Counted from the first letter of the stretch, positions 25,304-39,852 are shown. The stretch: 64,000 nucleotides of DNA from Chlorokybus atmophyticus (GCA_009103225.1 RHPI01001202.1:243206-307205), one strand, 5' to 3'. The notes: a model not told the origin generated them from the sequence alone. Made by a program: numbers and translations.

Positions 25304-26411
25304 TCACTTCTTGTTGTCCTTGTTGTCCTTGTCCACGTTCTTCTTCTTGTTTCCCCCGAAGAGGCTCCCAAGCTTCCCCAGAATGCTCTCCTTGCCGGCA
25401 GTGTCGCTCTCATCAACGTACCCCTCATCTACGTACGGCAGTTGTAGATCAAACCTCTCACCCTGCGCATGACACAGACGCGTGCGTGCGTGAGTGCGCA
25501 TGCGCGTGTGCACATGAGCGCGTGTGACTTTGGGGCCAAAGTGCACCAGACACGAGTGAGATTACCACTGTCACCATCAGCAACATGCACATGTTGGTGC
25601 TTGTGTACTTACTCCGTCGTAGTCGGGCAGGCCGAAGGGGGCCTGGGGGATGATAATGTTCCAGAGTTTGGCTGCGGGGTCGGCGGGCTTGTCAGCCTCC
25701 CGTCGGGCGCGCTTCTCGTCATCCACCTGCTTCCTGTACTCCTTGTCGTTCATGTACCGCGTCACCTCCGCCCTCCTCTCGTCCACCTTGTCGTTGTTGG
25801 ATTCAGTACCAACACAGCCGCACGCAAGCATGCAAGCATGCACGCGAGCGCAGACAAGCACACAATTACGCACCCACAGTCACGAACACAACTGCACCCA
25901 TGCTCGCGCGCGCACATACACACGCCACGCGTGTTCACACACGCCACGCGCTCGCTCACGCATGGTTGTGAATACATACACGAACAAACACGCGCATGAT
26001 CACCTTCTGGCGCGCACATACACACGCCACGCGTGTTCACACACGCCACGCGCTCGCTCACGCATGGTTGTGAATACATACACGAACAAACACGCGCATG
26101 TTCACCTTCTGGCGGCGTTCAGCACTAAGGGATTTGTCGCGCCGGCGCTCAAGAATTTCCTGCTGGCGGCGGAACTGCTCCTCCTCTCGCAGCTCCTTAG
26201 CGCTCTTCTTCCTCTCACCCCTGTTGAGGGTAACAGACTTCCTTCATTGTGCAATCAGCGGGCAGGCTTTGTCAGTTGGTGACTTGCGAAGGCAATATAC
26301 ACACCACGAAACCACTGTTCCGTGAGCAGTCAAGTGTGCATGCACAGCCTACGCCCACAAGTCTGTTCCACACGACATTGTTGACCCTTGACTCATTTTG
26401 TCACCGGCTGT
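25304..26411 (-). CDS. Hypothetical charged/coiled-coil protein (copy 2 in the duplicated block)
   Basis: Identical to 20063-21170 at offset 5241. Confidence 0.7.
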
Positions 26412-26940
26412 GCAAGTGCTGCGTCTTCTGCTAACAATGTCCAGTTGTGTGGGTGACAACTGCAGTGTTTGAATTGGAGCAGCGCTGTGTATCCTGCTTG
26501 ACTCAAGTCTTACCTTTGACAAGGTTACGCGTCTTCTGCTAACAATGTCCAGTTGTGTGGGTGACGACTGCAGTGTTTGAATTGAAGAAGCAACGCTGTG
26601 TATCCTGCTTGACTCAAGTCTTACCTTTGACAAGGTTATGCGTCTTCTGCTAACAATGTCCAGTTGTGTGGGTGACAACTGCAGTGTTTGAATTGGAGTA
26701 GCAACGCTGTGTATCCTGCTTGACTCAAGTCTTACCTTTGACAAGGTTATGAGCGCACCTTATTTGAACAAGCACCAACGAGCAGCATGCCAAGGGACTA
26801 CGCAGCCGCAGGTGGAGTATCTAGCTCAAAGCTACTGGAGGCAATGCCGCCAGCCACATGACAGATGCCGCCGCCGACGCCGCGCCGCCAATGAGTGATG
26901 AGGCGCAAAAGTGTCTCGGTAAAGGTGCCTGACTTTTCGC

Positions 26941-27013
26941 TGCGGACTATGTGGATCGAACACATGACCTTTAGATCTTCAGTCTAACGCTCTCCCAACT
27001 GAGCTAAGTCCGC
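26941..27013 (-). tRNA. tRNA-Phe(GAA): tRNA-Phe (GAA), copy 2 in the duplicated block
   Basis: Identical to 21700-21772. Confidence 0.95.
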
Positions 27014-28210
27014 GCTATTGGCGGACAGCGACTGACACCCGAGATGCTGCGTAACGCGATTGCAAGGAGTATATGGGTTACTAACGGGATACTATCTGGC
27101 GGCCAACTCTTGTGCTTCGTCCTGGACATACAAGCGTGACAACCTACATGGACCTCACACTTGTACGCAACAAGACCCGACTAATTGAACAGGTGCGTGC
27201 AATTTTGTGTGACTGACACATGTGAGCGCCCTAGAAACGATGTCAACACACAGCCAGTCCTCTCAGCCTTGACCTCAACAGTGCTGACAATGCTTGTGTG
27301 CACAAGACTAGCTAGGCTCAGAGCCAATCCCAACTCACCCGCCTCCAAACAGGCCGCAGGAGGGTCGAGTGACCTTCGGCGACGCTGCTATGCCCATGGG
27401 CACCCGCAACTCACCACGCACCGCCCCCAACACCGCCGCCGCCGCCGCCACCGTCGCCGCCATGCTTACCGACGCCTTCCACAGTAGCACAGATATTTGC
27501 CCAATTGCTTACTCAGAACTGGATTTAGGCACAGTGACGCGCGGTGTGAGCGCACAGGGGAAGACGCGGCAGGGCAGCGATTGAGGACTTGGTGGCTTTC
27601 ATGTGTCTGTGAATTTCTGAGCGGCTAAGCGCATGCTGGTGACGGATTCTGCTGTGTTCGGTGGGCCTGCCAGGAGTCCTTCCCCAGCCTTGCGTCTGTC
27701 AGCTTCAACACTTGGCACACTTGTTGGGATGAGCACTTGTTGAGATGCAATTGGACGCCATGCAAAAACTCACAATTAGGCTGAACCAAGGCTATGGGAC
27801 GCAACGGAACAGAACAAAATGTGAGCATAGAGCTTCTTGTGCTATTCTTTACCAAACTCAACATGGTAAAAATAAGCTTTACTTCAACAGAATTAACGGA
27901 TCGCGTAGTCCCCTTGAACCAAGTTCATGCCAATCACATCTTTGCAAAGGTGAGCAGATTTTGCAAACATAAGCTATGTGCTAATTGTTTTTTATCATAG
28001 CGCATCCATTGTAATGTGCCCACACGCACAAGTGCGACAAGTCAAATATCTTGCGTCCGAGCTTCACAACCGCTCAATTCACAAGCGATATATGATGATA
28101 CCAGTGCAGACCCACTCAACTGGTGAGTACATGTCACTCTGGGTTCAATGTACATACAAGACTAGCACTGCAAAACTCAACTCCATGCTCTATGAAGTCT
28201 GACGTTGTTC

Positions 28211-29309
28211 TCACCAGCGTTTAACCAAAGAAGTCAACAGCTGCCACAAGCACATGTCAGCCCAAGTCAAAGCAGCAGTCACGTACGTTATCTTGAGTGC
28301 ACTAACACACCTGAATAAACTCGAATGGGTTGCCCTTTCGGTTGCCACCCTTGGGTTTGGGAGCACTTGCAGCCAAGGCAGCTCGCCAGCCGACCAGAGT
28401 AACAAACGTGGTTGCGAGCGTGACGAGGACAAAAGGTTGGGCTGGCAGGTAGCCTTTGGTGGCACTGCGGATGAGCAGTCCAGCCTGTAGAAGCAGTTGG
28501 AGTCTCAGTAAACAGTTCTATTGTTGCAGAGGTGATAGCTGTTAGTTTCCATTCTGAAGTCGGTAGTTGAGTGTGGCTGAACATGCATGCCATACCGGGA
28601 TGCCAAGGCCCCAAGTCTTGCCAGCAATGAGAACCGCCTGCCAGACATCAGATCCGCGCGCGCTCTTGCCATATGCACCAGTCACCGGTGATGCCAGCAA
28701 CCACCCTGTTGTATAGGTGAATGCCTTTCAGTACAAAAACAACCATTGACTGACACATAATTATCGAAGGTAAATGCAAAATCAGGAGCGTCGTCAACAC
28801 CTGCGATGAAGGGTCCCGCCGTTTGCAGCACATCCCAAGGAGCGAGGCCCTCGCCATGGCTACTTCGCCCAATGGCCGCAAACAGCAGCAAGAACCCAAC
28901 ATCTCCTATCGCCAGTACCGCTTGTCGCCTGATATCGCAAGAGCACACCATGATTGAGATCATAACAGCTAATTCAAGGCTGCAGCAACATGTACACGCA
29001 CCCGAGCACATCTCGTTCCTCTCCTTTGTCTACGCCAGCAACTCCTTCCCACGCCTTCTCCTCCCGCTCCACGCGCACCACGCGAATAGGCTGCTGTTGT
29101 TGGGTTGAAGATGGGCTCTGTGCTGGAGTTGTCTCTTGCTGCGTAGACGGCGAAGACGGACTCTCGGGGCCTGCTGAAGCCGCGACGCGGCGTGACCAAC
29201 GGGCAGCACGATGCCGTAAACCTGATGTTGATGCTTGTTGCTTGCTTGCGTGCGGCCAACTGCAAATGCGCAAGCTGCTGCTCTGCAATGCCTGCTCACA
29301 TGGCTGCAT
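28211..29309 (-). CDS. DUF3054-like membrane protein (copy 2)
   Basis: Identical to 22970-24068 at offset 5241. Confidence 0.8.
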
Positions 29310-30162
29310 CAGCTACGCAGTACTACACTGAAATTGTTCTCGCTCACACAGGCCGCGGGATGATATTGTAAAAGCGACAGGCAGACGTTGCAATATACTG
29401 CGCTGGCAGAGTTTGGGAAAGAGATTGTTTATACGTCTGCATGACAACCCAACTGCTATGACAATCGGGACTGCAGTGCATAAGCATGCCACAACATTGC
29501 ATGTTTCAGCAGTGCCTCGCCTATGTTTAAAAACTACGTGTACCATAAGAACCTACACCAGCACTGTTGTTGTATGTTTGTAGGATTAGGGTAGCGCAGT
29601 GGCACGATGTGGCGCAACGTGGGACGCTTCTGGAGCTCTCTCACTTATTGAGATGACTCGGCTGGCAAACCAGCGTCAGAACTGCTTGCTGACGAGGCAC
29701 AGAAACAAGCTTGCTAGCAATCTCTAGAAGTGTGCTCAGACTTCTCGGTGCATGTTGGCGACATCTCTTAAGGCGCCGGCGGCAACGCCAGCCAGCCGGA
29801 GAATGCAGTGAACATGACACCGAGCGTACATGAGCTCTCAACGCCACGCATGCATACAACTCACACATGCAGCCGTACCCTCCGTGCTCCAATGCGCGCT
29901 ACTGGGAAGACCGACGCCTTGACGCCTGTCATCAACACCGTCGCCGCCGCCGCCGCCGCCATTGCCACGGACACCAACACTAACACCAACACCAACGCCA
30001 ACGCCTTCGCTGTGGAAGCCCTAAATACGCATTCGCTGCAGACACGCTGAGGCAATTCCTTAGTGCGTACTGATATCGCAGCAAGATACCCAATGCAAGC
30101 GCTGCATGTAAAGCAGGACAAGCGCGTCAAGCAGCCCGTAGAGGAGGACAAGGTGGCGGCGG

Positions 30163-32164
30163 ATGATGCGGCAAGCGTTTCGGCCGACTCTACGGCTGTG
30201 GTACGTACGGATTGCGTGTAATACTTCAAGGGGAAGCTTGGCAGGTGCTGCTGGTAGGATAGGCAAGCAGCAGCAGCAGGCAGCCTGGCCTGGCCAGACC
30301 AGACCGAAGCCACAGGCGGTAGCGGCGACAGTGGCGATGGCGGCGTCCAGAAGCTCCTCTAGCTTTGCTGCCTCGCCAGATGACGTGTGGTGGTCCGCCG
30401 ACACCGTTGCTCTGGTCACTGGCGGTAAGCAGTGCAGCTGATTGTCAAGCATGCTTGTGCATGCAAGTAGTGAGCGTGGCTTCGTATCTCGCCATGCATT
30501 TGCTGGATGATTTTGCGCATGTTTTGCTGTGTGCTGGATGCTTGCATGCATGTACACGTATGAAAGTTCAGTTCCAGCATGCGCTGCTCCTTGACGTGCT
30601 CGACAGTTTTGCTTTGTGGATGCTTGCATGCATGCACACGTATGAAAGTTCAGTTCCTTCCAGCATGCGCTGCTTCTTGGACGTCTGTGTAACCCCCTCC
30701 GTCTGTCCGCAGCAAACAAGGGCATAGGGTATGAGATTGCACACCAGCTGGCAGACGAAGGCATAACCACCATCCTCACAGCACGCGACGGTCAGTGTTG
30801 ACCACATACCTCTTGTAGTTCAGCGTTAGGATCTTCTTGCAGTTTTAACCTCCGATTGTGTTGGTTTGCCCATTTCAACATGTGCTGTGCTGTGCTGTGT
30901 GCGCAAGCATGTGTGCATGAGTTACGGAAGTGGGCTTTATGTGAGACTATGTGTATATTCTGTGCAGCTGGGCTTGGCGTTGAGGCCAAGGAGAGGCTGG
31001 AGCAAGAGGGCGTGCCCGGGCGCGTGCGCTTCCATCGACTTGACTTGGAAGACCGCAACAGCATCGACAAGACTGCTGAGTGGGTCGACGGGGAGTACGG
31101 AGGTCTGGACATACTGGTGAGCTGAACACACATGCATGCATGCAACAAGGGTTGAGCAAAACAGCCATATGTGTGTTGTGCGCCAGGTGAACAACGCGGG
31201 CTTCGCTTACAAGGGCGACGAGTTTGGTCCAGATCAAGCAAGAAAGACCATTGCGATCAACGTGTATGGCACGATGGCTGTCTGTGAGCGCTTTAAGCCT
31301 CTGCTGCGCAAATCTGACCACGGTGCTCGCATAGTGCGTATGCACTGGAAACGCAATACCTCATGCGCACATGCGTGTGCACGCATACAAATCAGAAGTT
31401 CTGTTACTTGCTGTGTGACATCATCACAACAGAGATGCTGGAATAACTGTACCCACTGCATGCCTGATTGCTGTGGTAGGTTAATGTGGCGAGCTCAGCA
31501 GGGAAGCTTAGTATACTCAAGAGCGACAAGCTGAGAAAGAAGTTTGAAGACCCCAACCTGACCACCACTCAGCTGCGGCAGCTCATGGAGGACTTCATAG
31601 AGAGTGTAAGTCCCAGACTGCATGTCGGCACTTGGCACCCACTCAGTTGTTAAGTCCATGCGTACTCTGTTCTTCACTTGTAGATCAAGGATGGCACGTA
31701 TGCTGAGAAAGGCTGGCCGCGATCTATGTATGGAGTCTCCAAGTACGTCACTTCATGCCACTGCCGAGTGCATTGCAATTCATATGCAGTGTGTCATGTG
31801 TTCTTCCACACTGACAAGCACACTGTTGCGCAGGCTTGGTGTTGCAACGTACACGCGCATCCTGGCGAGAGAGTTAAAAGACAGGGGCGTGCTGGTCAAT
31901 GCGTGCGACCCGGGCTATGTCAAGACTGACATGAGCTCGCAACGAGGTGCGTGCACAAGGCGGGTTAGCTGTACTGGGCGCTCCTGTAATGCTTTGTGCC
32001 GGGGCTACAGTATGCTTTGTTGCGCATTGAGTTGTGATTATGTTCTTGATGCAGGTTACAAGACACCTGCTGAGGGTGCTGATACTGCCGTGTGGTTGGC
32101 GCTGCTGCCGAAGGACGGCCTGACAGACAAAATGTGTGCGGATCGCAAGGAAGTGTCTTTCTGA
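30163..32164 (+). CDS. Short-chain dehydrogenase/reductase, carbonyl reductase (CBR/neomenthol dehydrogenase-like); start uncertain (30093, 30163 or 30337)
   Basis: Spliced motifs ALVTGG|ANKGIG (TGxxxGxG), TARD, LDL..SI, GLDIL|VNNAG, INVYGT, VNVAS, catalytic YGVSK, VNACDPGYVKTDM, TPAEGADTAVWLAL. Confidence 0.95.
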
Positions 32165-32452
32165 GTGTACAACAAGAGCCAGTTTGGGGTATGCTGTGTA
32201 GCGTGAGGTTGAGTAGTACAGCAATTTGCTATGATTAATAAGCCATCATGTTTTGGCAACCGCTGCCAGTATGCACCCTCATGATAAGAACGTGTTGCCT
32301 GGTTGACACGCCTAATAGCAGTCTTGGTCACTGATGTAAAACGCATGAAGGCTGAGTGGTGTTTACTGTGAGCATCACCATCATCAATTGGTCACACCCA
32401 TCAAACTGGTGGCATGGTTGATGGAGACAGGGAGCTGCGGTCAATCCACATT

Positions 32453-34211
32453 CTATGGTTGACTGGACAGGTTATGCATATGCATGGTCATGGTTGCACT
32501 GTCACAACTACCACACGAAGAAAGGCAGTTGTGCTGTTGTCGTGACATGCGGCAACCGCAATCACCGCTTGCCTCAGCATGCTTGCCAGCTGAACGTGCG
32601 CGCAACCACAAAAGGAAAGCCAAACGCATACAACCCGCATCTAACGGTGACATTCCAAGTGCAGGTGGGTATTGGTCTTGTGACAAAACAGAGTTGCCTA
32701 AAGCTGCATTCACCCAACCAGGCAAGTCAGTATGCAGCATAATAACTGAGTCGGTCTTTGGATGAGGCAACTGCAGCCTCTCTGCGTGCAGCAGATGCAT
32801 GTCTAGCCCGACCGCTTGCAAGCCACCATACCTGCGTAATGGACTTCAGGGTTCATGTGATCAAGTGCCAACGCATATTGTCACTCAGCTTCCAGCTCAC
32901 CTGATATCGCCAACTATTGGCAAGCCGAGATGGGTGCAATGAAGGCGGATTTGGTGCGTCCTGCCTGTGACAGGGAACGCACGCAAGAGCACAGCTGCAG
33001 CAGGTGTTGTTGACACGCCCTGCATGATAACTGGACAAGTTGAGCAGTCAGGATACACCTTGACCACTTCAAAGCGTGTTTCCATACGCTTGACTCTGGA
33101 GCCTCCTGGCAGTGCAGCCCCTACATCATCCGCGCTGTAAACACGCCACAGGCCTGAACACAACAATCATACAGCAGCTTTCAAGCAACAGCCGCATTGT
33201 ATGCGTCCAACTTACACACTTGTACGTATGCTTACCATGTCGCGAGCGCCCATGGCCAGTGACAAGCGTGAGCTCTTTCCAGGTAGGTGCTTGGCCAGTG
33301 CACAGTGCAATGTATATTTTGCACGCCATCAGCTTGGCTGTATCGGAAAACACGGCCGACACCCCTTTGTGCCCTTCTTTTCGCTTGGAGAACACCAGCA
33401 CTCCGCTGGTGTCCCTATCTAGGCGATGCGCAAGATGCAGCTCCTTTGTGTCGCACGCACCCAACATTGTTGATCCTCCACGATGCATATCTAATGAAGT
33501 GGTGACTGGCTGTTCATCATCTGCAGCAGCCCCGCGGCTTGCTGCCAGCTTGCTACCATCAGCCTCGCCAGCTGTATCCAGCAGCCGTTCTGATCTAGCG
33601 CTGAGTAGGTACTTGCGCGCTGCTAGCAGCATGCTCTCACTGTAAACGCTTGATGGCTTGGCTGCTGCGAGAAGCCACTCGTCCTCATAGATCACCTGAA
33701 ACAGCAGTAGCAGCTTGAGTGCCACACAACATAAGCTCGCTGGTTGCTTTCTAGACCCAGCAAGGGTGGGGAGTGGGGCGTGGGGTGTCCTTCACCAAGC
33801 TGATCAAAGGCTCAAAACTCCAAGTGTTCAATGCACATGCTTACACGCGAACCCACATGTCCGTTAGGCTAACGAGATGGCACTGCAAATAACAGCCCTC
33901 AATGCAGAACAGGTGGTGTTGGTCTCAACATGATATGCAGTTGTAGTTGCAGGTAGCTATCAACAAGAACACCGCGATAATCTATTAGCTTCAATGACGA
34001 AAGCATGCACACTCCGAACATGGCATGCACGCACCTTGATTTGCGGAAGGGAGTTGCTGCTGCCGTTGCTGTTCGCCGCCAAGGCAGCCCTTCGCCGCTC
34101 GACCTCCTTGGCGTCCTCCCCAGGCAATGGCGTGAGCGGTGTCGGCCACGTCGACAGGTCGGCCATCAACCACCGCCGCCGCCAGCAGCGTGCAGCAGCT
34201 GCAGCAAGCAT
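32453..34211 (-). CDS. RluA-family RNA pseudouridine synthase; exact 3' end uncertain
   Basis: VIYEDEWLLAAAKP, catalytic HRLDRDTSG, KIYIALC, TGRTHQIRLHC..LGLPIVGD..YGG, LHAERLQLPHP. Confidence 0.93.
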
Positions 34212-34371
34212 GTGTTAGGGACTGTTTGGGAACTCGCTACCGATCACATCAGCACAGAAAGCGCCTTCTAATCTCGCTATTGCCGAGGTTGTAAGCGAGA
34301 CATCTTGCTACACAGCTTCGGCTTTCGCTCTGCGCTTGGGCTAGGCTTGGCTTGGCCTGGCCTGGCCCGGC

Positions 34372-37300
34372 ATGGCCTGGTCGGGTGCGCCGGTCGGGAT
34401 GGTCGGGGGTGGGCGAAAGGGCCACAAGGTGGTCCAGCTGGATGTTGGAGAGTCGCAGAGTCTTGCGGATGGGAAGCTTGGGACTGGCCTCGCCGCCAAG
34501 GACAGGGCGAAGCATCAGGCCAAGGACAAGCACCAGCAGCCAGAGGCAGGCCAGTCTGCTGCCGACGCCGAGCGCAGGCGTCAAGCAGAGCAGGCTGGGC
34601 CTCTGACCAGCAGTGAAGCTGCGGCAGGCAGCAGTGGGCGCAATAGCAACAAAGGGAAGCAGCATGCTACCAACAAGCAGGCCAGAAACAACAGTCATAA
34701 GTCACAAGCTGCCGCAGCTGCTGCAACCAGGCGTGCTCATGGTACAGTCTATCGTATTCCTCACCTATCATAGCTCGCACAGTTCTGAAAGTCACTGTTG
34801 AGCAATCAGGAGGTGCACTGCACTGTCACTCTGTTCACACTCGCACAATGTACATGCTTGTATGTCATGGTATGTGAAGGTTACGCATGAGTGGACTTGG
34901 GCATAGCTGTGAATATCTCCAAGCTTATCGCTCATTGCATGAACTTCCATAGCGCTGCTTGCGTGTCTAAAGACCTAAGAGGTGTGGTGCACGACAAGTG
35001 TCACACCACCTCACCACACTTGTTATATGAAGTACACTACGCTGCTGATTGCTTTCTGCGTCTTTCGCTCGCAGCTCCTGCAAGTGACACCAGCTTTGAT
35101 AGGTTACAACGGGAAGTGCTTGGTCAAGGTTTATGGCGGGACGCTCCAGGTCATGTCTTGTGCTTACACACATTGAGTACCCAGTCCCACATAGTCATAC
35201 ACTTGTTGAGGCTGATAGTTGGCCCGCCCAGGCGCTACTTTGGATCAACTGCAAGAGCTGCCCGTGCGATTCAACAGCTTGGCAGCGTACACGGCAGCTT
35301 TCGAGCCTCTCCTGTTGGAGGAAGCGCGCGAGCAGCTCCGACAAGCTTACCATGAGAGCAGTGATGCGCAGAGATCTATTGCTGTGACCATTACACGCGT
35401 GGACAGCGACGGCCAAGGTGAGAGCTGGTTGTGGAGTTTGTCGGTTGCTGTGATGGTTGCATGCTTAGCTCATGATGTGTGCCACACTGCAGGATGGTAC
35501 ACTGTGACTGTTAGCACGACACGCCATAAAGGCCTGTTTGCAAACACTGTTGCAGTCTTAACCGCTTGTGGACTCCACGCAAGCAAGGCGGAGCAAAAAG
35601 ATGCTGTTTGCGTGGCCGGCCAAGTCACACATGTGGATCGCAATGATGAAGGCAGCACAGCTAAGGTGAGCTGTTTGTGCAACTAACAGCAGCTCTATGT
35701 GGCAAGAGAATGTGTGTTATGACGAGCACGCAACGTAATACTTTGTACCATGCCGTAACCTCCAGGTGCGCTTCCCGCTGCCCATTGATGATGTGGGCGA
35801 GTACGGAAAACGGTTGCTGGAATCGATGCAGAAGCAACCGTCGCTGCAGTGGCATGCCACACCTGCAGGAGCACTAACCACGGTGCGTTGATAACATATA
35901 CGTGTGTGTGAGGCCTTCTTTGTTGTGTTCTGCTCTGCTTCTTAGCAGCATCAGTTATGCCAATGCGGTGGCAACTTATTGACCAGTGATGTTGGGTAGT
36001 GCAGGCAAGGCGGGAGTTCGCGACACTGTATGCTCTACGTGAAAACAAGGGCGCATCGTGGGTGTTGCAACCAGAGAAGAATTTGTGTCCAACTATTGAA
36101 GGCTCAGAGCCGCCACCGCTGCCACCAAACCTCACAGATAACTTCGCTGGGCACCTTGCAAAAGTCTTCGATGCGCCGCAGCGTATTGCAATAAGCTCGG
36201 TGGTTCAGGCAACACTTGGGGACAAGAAAGCTGGCCTCGTGTTGGTCCAGGTAGACTTGTTGTTGGTGGTGTTGTTCCCGCTGCCGCCACCGCTGTCGTC
36301 GTCGTGTCTACCATGCACAACTGCCTTATCTCGTCTTGTATACCACACTCCAGGGTCCTCCAGGCACAGGCAAAACCCACACAGTATGGGGACTCTTGAA
36401 TGTCATCCACTTGACATTTTACCAGCGCTACTATGCGTCGCTGCTGACCAAGCTGGCACCAAATGCAAGCGAAGGCTCTGGGCAACCCGAGACCGAGGAT
36501 GATGCCGGAGGTCCAGAAGGCGAAGAGCTTGATGACCTTCTGAAACGGATGGACTCCAGTCTGGGGCGGCTGCTTCCCAAACTTGTTCCCAAGCCCAAAA
36601 TACTGGTCAGTTGTGGGGAGTTGTGCTGAACAACATGTCAAACACATTCGCACGATCGTGAGATCAGTAAGACCACCGTTATGTAACCAATGTATCTTTT
36701 GTCAGGTGTGCACTCCAAGCAATGCCGCTATCGATGAGCTGCTAGCGCGTGTCATGAGTAAAGGCTTCATTGACGGTGAACTGAGGACCTACTACCCCAT
36801 GATAGCGCGTGTGGTATCAGCTGAAACCCAGGTGCTCTTGCTGTGCTAAGGCTGCTCAGTTGACATGTGCGCGTGCTTGTGGGTGTGTTCGTGCATACAG
36901 CGCTTGTCTTTCTAGCTGTGGCATGTGATAATTGTGTCACTAAGGCAGTGCGTTTGCAGGTGTCAGCTTATGCCAAAGAGGTGTCAGTTGAGGAGCAAAT
37001 GCGCCGTTTGGTCAGCACGCCAGGTGACCAACGATATCGGCGTGCTCGTGAGCTGCAACACCTCGAGTCGAGCATCATGCATCAGATCACACTCATCAGG
37101 AGAGAGCTGGACAAGATTGCAAGCACAAAGAGCAACCAGTCGATGGCAGAGCTCGACCCGGAGGACCTACAGGTAGGGCAAGTGTTGGTTGTGTACTACC
37201 GGTTGGTCATTGCAGATATGTTGCTGTGTGGTTCTGTGCTTGCTCGTGCACACGCGTTGGTGTGTTTGAATGGCACAGCCATATGTCGATTACTCAGTTT

Positions 37301-39398
37301 TTTATGTCCTCTGTTTCAAATTCAGGCTGTAGATGCTGCTCGCGATAGCAGATTGCAGAAGTTGGCGGAGATGCAAGAGCAGCGAGACAAGGTGAGCATA
37401 GCAGGAGGTTGCTTGTCTCATTGTAGCCACCACTTTTCTTGCTGGGTTGAGGAGCCCAACCCTGTGGTTGCCAGTAACATTGCTGACCAGGTCTTGGTGG
37501 AGTTGGGCCGTTTACAGCTGATCGAAGAGCACTCGAGGCTCAGCAGCTCGCGCATGAAACTGGAGGCCGATTTGGAGAAGTCTTACGTGGACGAGGCAGA
37601 GTTAGTGTTTACTACACTTTCCTCCTCAGGTCGTGCCGTGTTTTCTAGAATTGCACGCAAGTTCGATGTAGTTATCATTGACGAGGCTGCACAGGTATGT
37701 ACAACATCTTTGCGTGCACCTGTGCTTGTGGGTGGTGTTATGCACAGATGCCCTTGCAAACAAACAGTGCCAAGTGTGACACCATTCTTGTGCTCTCGCA
37801 TATGCTGCCATAAGCTCAGTCTCTCATACCTGCCACTTGTGCTACACCTACAAACATGTAGCCCTTGACATGTCATAAAGTACACAACAAACATAACAGG
37901 GCATACCTTAATGCGTGTTCTGTTGGGTTGTTCTCTACAGCCAAGGCATAAAGGTTTTGCCTTGCAGTGAGTGCAGAAAATGTCATCGCAGGCGGGAGAG
38001 CTTGCCACGCTGCAGCCGCTGCTGTTAGGCAAAGGCGCGGCGGTGATGGTGGGTGATCCTCAGCAGCTTCCCGCCACTGTGGTCAGTCGTGCCGCTGCCT
38101 CACTCCAATACCAGCGCTCGTTCTTTGAGCGCGTGATGATGGCCGGCTGCAGGCCGCTGCTGCTGTCCGTGCAGTACCGCATGCATCCTGAGATCAGGTC
38201 CTTCCCGTCACGCTACTTTTATGAGAACCTGTTGCAAGACGCGCCCTCGGTGCTGGCACGCGGGCCCGACCAGTTTCATCAACATCCGCTTCTGCGACCG
38301 TAAGCCCAACATTTTTTGTTGTCGCAAGATAGTACGTCATAGTCATTCACGCAGATTGTCATAGTAACACCCTGTGATGCTATTTGCAGCTATTCTTTTA
38401 TTGATGTTGCCGGCAAGGAGACTCGCAATGGACGTGGCTCTCTGCAAAATGAACGAGAGGCTTTGGTGGCTGCCAAGCTGTACCATTTGCTGTCTGACCA
38501 CATACCAAAGGAGTCTATTCATGTAAGTGCACCAGATTACTTTCAGGCTGCTTGGTGGACTGTTTCGGTGACAGTTTTCATGTCATTGACAGCAACGCTG
38601 CAGCGTCATCACGCCCTATCGCCAGCAGCAGCATTGTTTGCGACGGGCCTTCGAGAAGGAGCTAAGCAGTGAAGAAGCTGCCCGTGTACATATTTCCACT
38701 GTTGATTCCTATCAAGGCCAAGAATGCGATGTTATCATCTTCAGGTATGAAACTTCCCAAACTGCTAAGCGGTAACAAAGTGCATTGTCAAGTTGCATTC
38801 GTGACTGTTTCGCTTGTACAGCTGCGTGCGTGCATCAGCAAAGGGTGGTGTCGGCTTTGTTGCGGACACAAGACGCCTGAATGTGGCCTTAACGCGGGCT
38901 CGCCGCTCTCTTTGGGTAAGTTACTAAGCACCCACTCTCAAACCATAACCTTGCATTTCAGGAACCCTCTAAAACCAGACAGACAACTTGCTTTTGTGTG
39001 TGCAGGTGCTGGGCAGTGCCAAGTCTCTGATGCAAGTGCCCGTGTGGGATGCTCTGGTGCAGGACGCTCACGAACGCGGGTGTTTCGTGTCATCCGCGAC
39101 TGTGGTTAGCACCTTGGGTTTGCAGCCTTCACCAGAGAGCCCAAGACCACGCAAGCGACATCACAATGGCCAAGCCGGCCCCTCGGCGCGGCGCTTCAGA
39201 GGCCATGCACATAATGGTAGCCGTGATCAACATGTGTCACGCGAAGATCATGCGGGCACGAACTCCAACAGAGCCGCGACGCAAAGTCGGAAGCGCTTGT
39301 TGACTGCGAAAGAAGTCAATGAGATGCATAGGGACCAGCTTAAGCACGGCCCCAGCACAAGCGCGGGGCTTGAAGATGGGGAGATAGATGAAGATTGA
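34372..39398 (+). CDS. Sen1/senataxin-like superfamily 1 RNA/DNA helicase (multi-exon)
   Basis: [12 protein letters not shown], Walker A Q|[87 protein letters not shown]. Confidence 0.95.
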
Positions 39399-39852
39399 TA
39401 GAGGTTGAGGGGCAATTTTCCGCGTTGCTGCTGCCATCAGAAGCTTCTGGTGGACGTGCAGCACAGGAATTGGTGCTCTGCTTGCTTGTTGCCTGTGCAG
39501 CGTGAAGCACTCCCTGCATGCGTGGATCAGCAGCGTGTTGCTTCCTGTCAGACATAAAGCAAGCATTGCATTGGCACTGTCGTCACGATCCGTTGTTGGC
39601 GAGGGTCCTCAAGCTGAAGAGTGCAGTGACTGTCAGCAAAGCAACATACTCTGTTCATTACTTTGTTGCTGTAAAATGGAGGCATGATATGGCAGCAAAA
39701 GTCCACTGTAGCTGAAATGCTGCTAATCCCAAATGAGCCGCCGCATCGCGATTGCCCTACTAGCCTAACCCATATAGATTACTGTACTGCCTAAGATGTA
39801 GAATGCACAAAGACAGCTGTGCTAACTCCGCAGACCCTACACCTGCTGATAT

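Larger units (their letters stand above)
19215..29695. repeat. Tandem duplication of a 5,241-bp block (19215-24454 and 24456-29695)
   Basis: All ORFs recur at an offset of 5241 with identical translations. The copies are joined by a single N at 24455, and copy 1 has a 10-N gap at 19472-19481. Confidence 0.97.
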
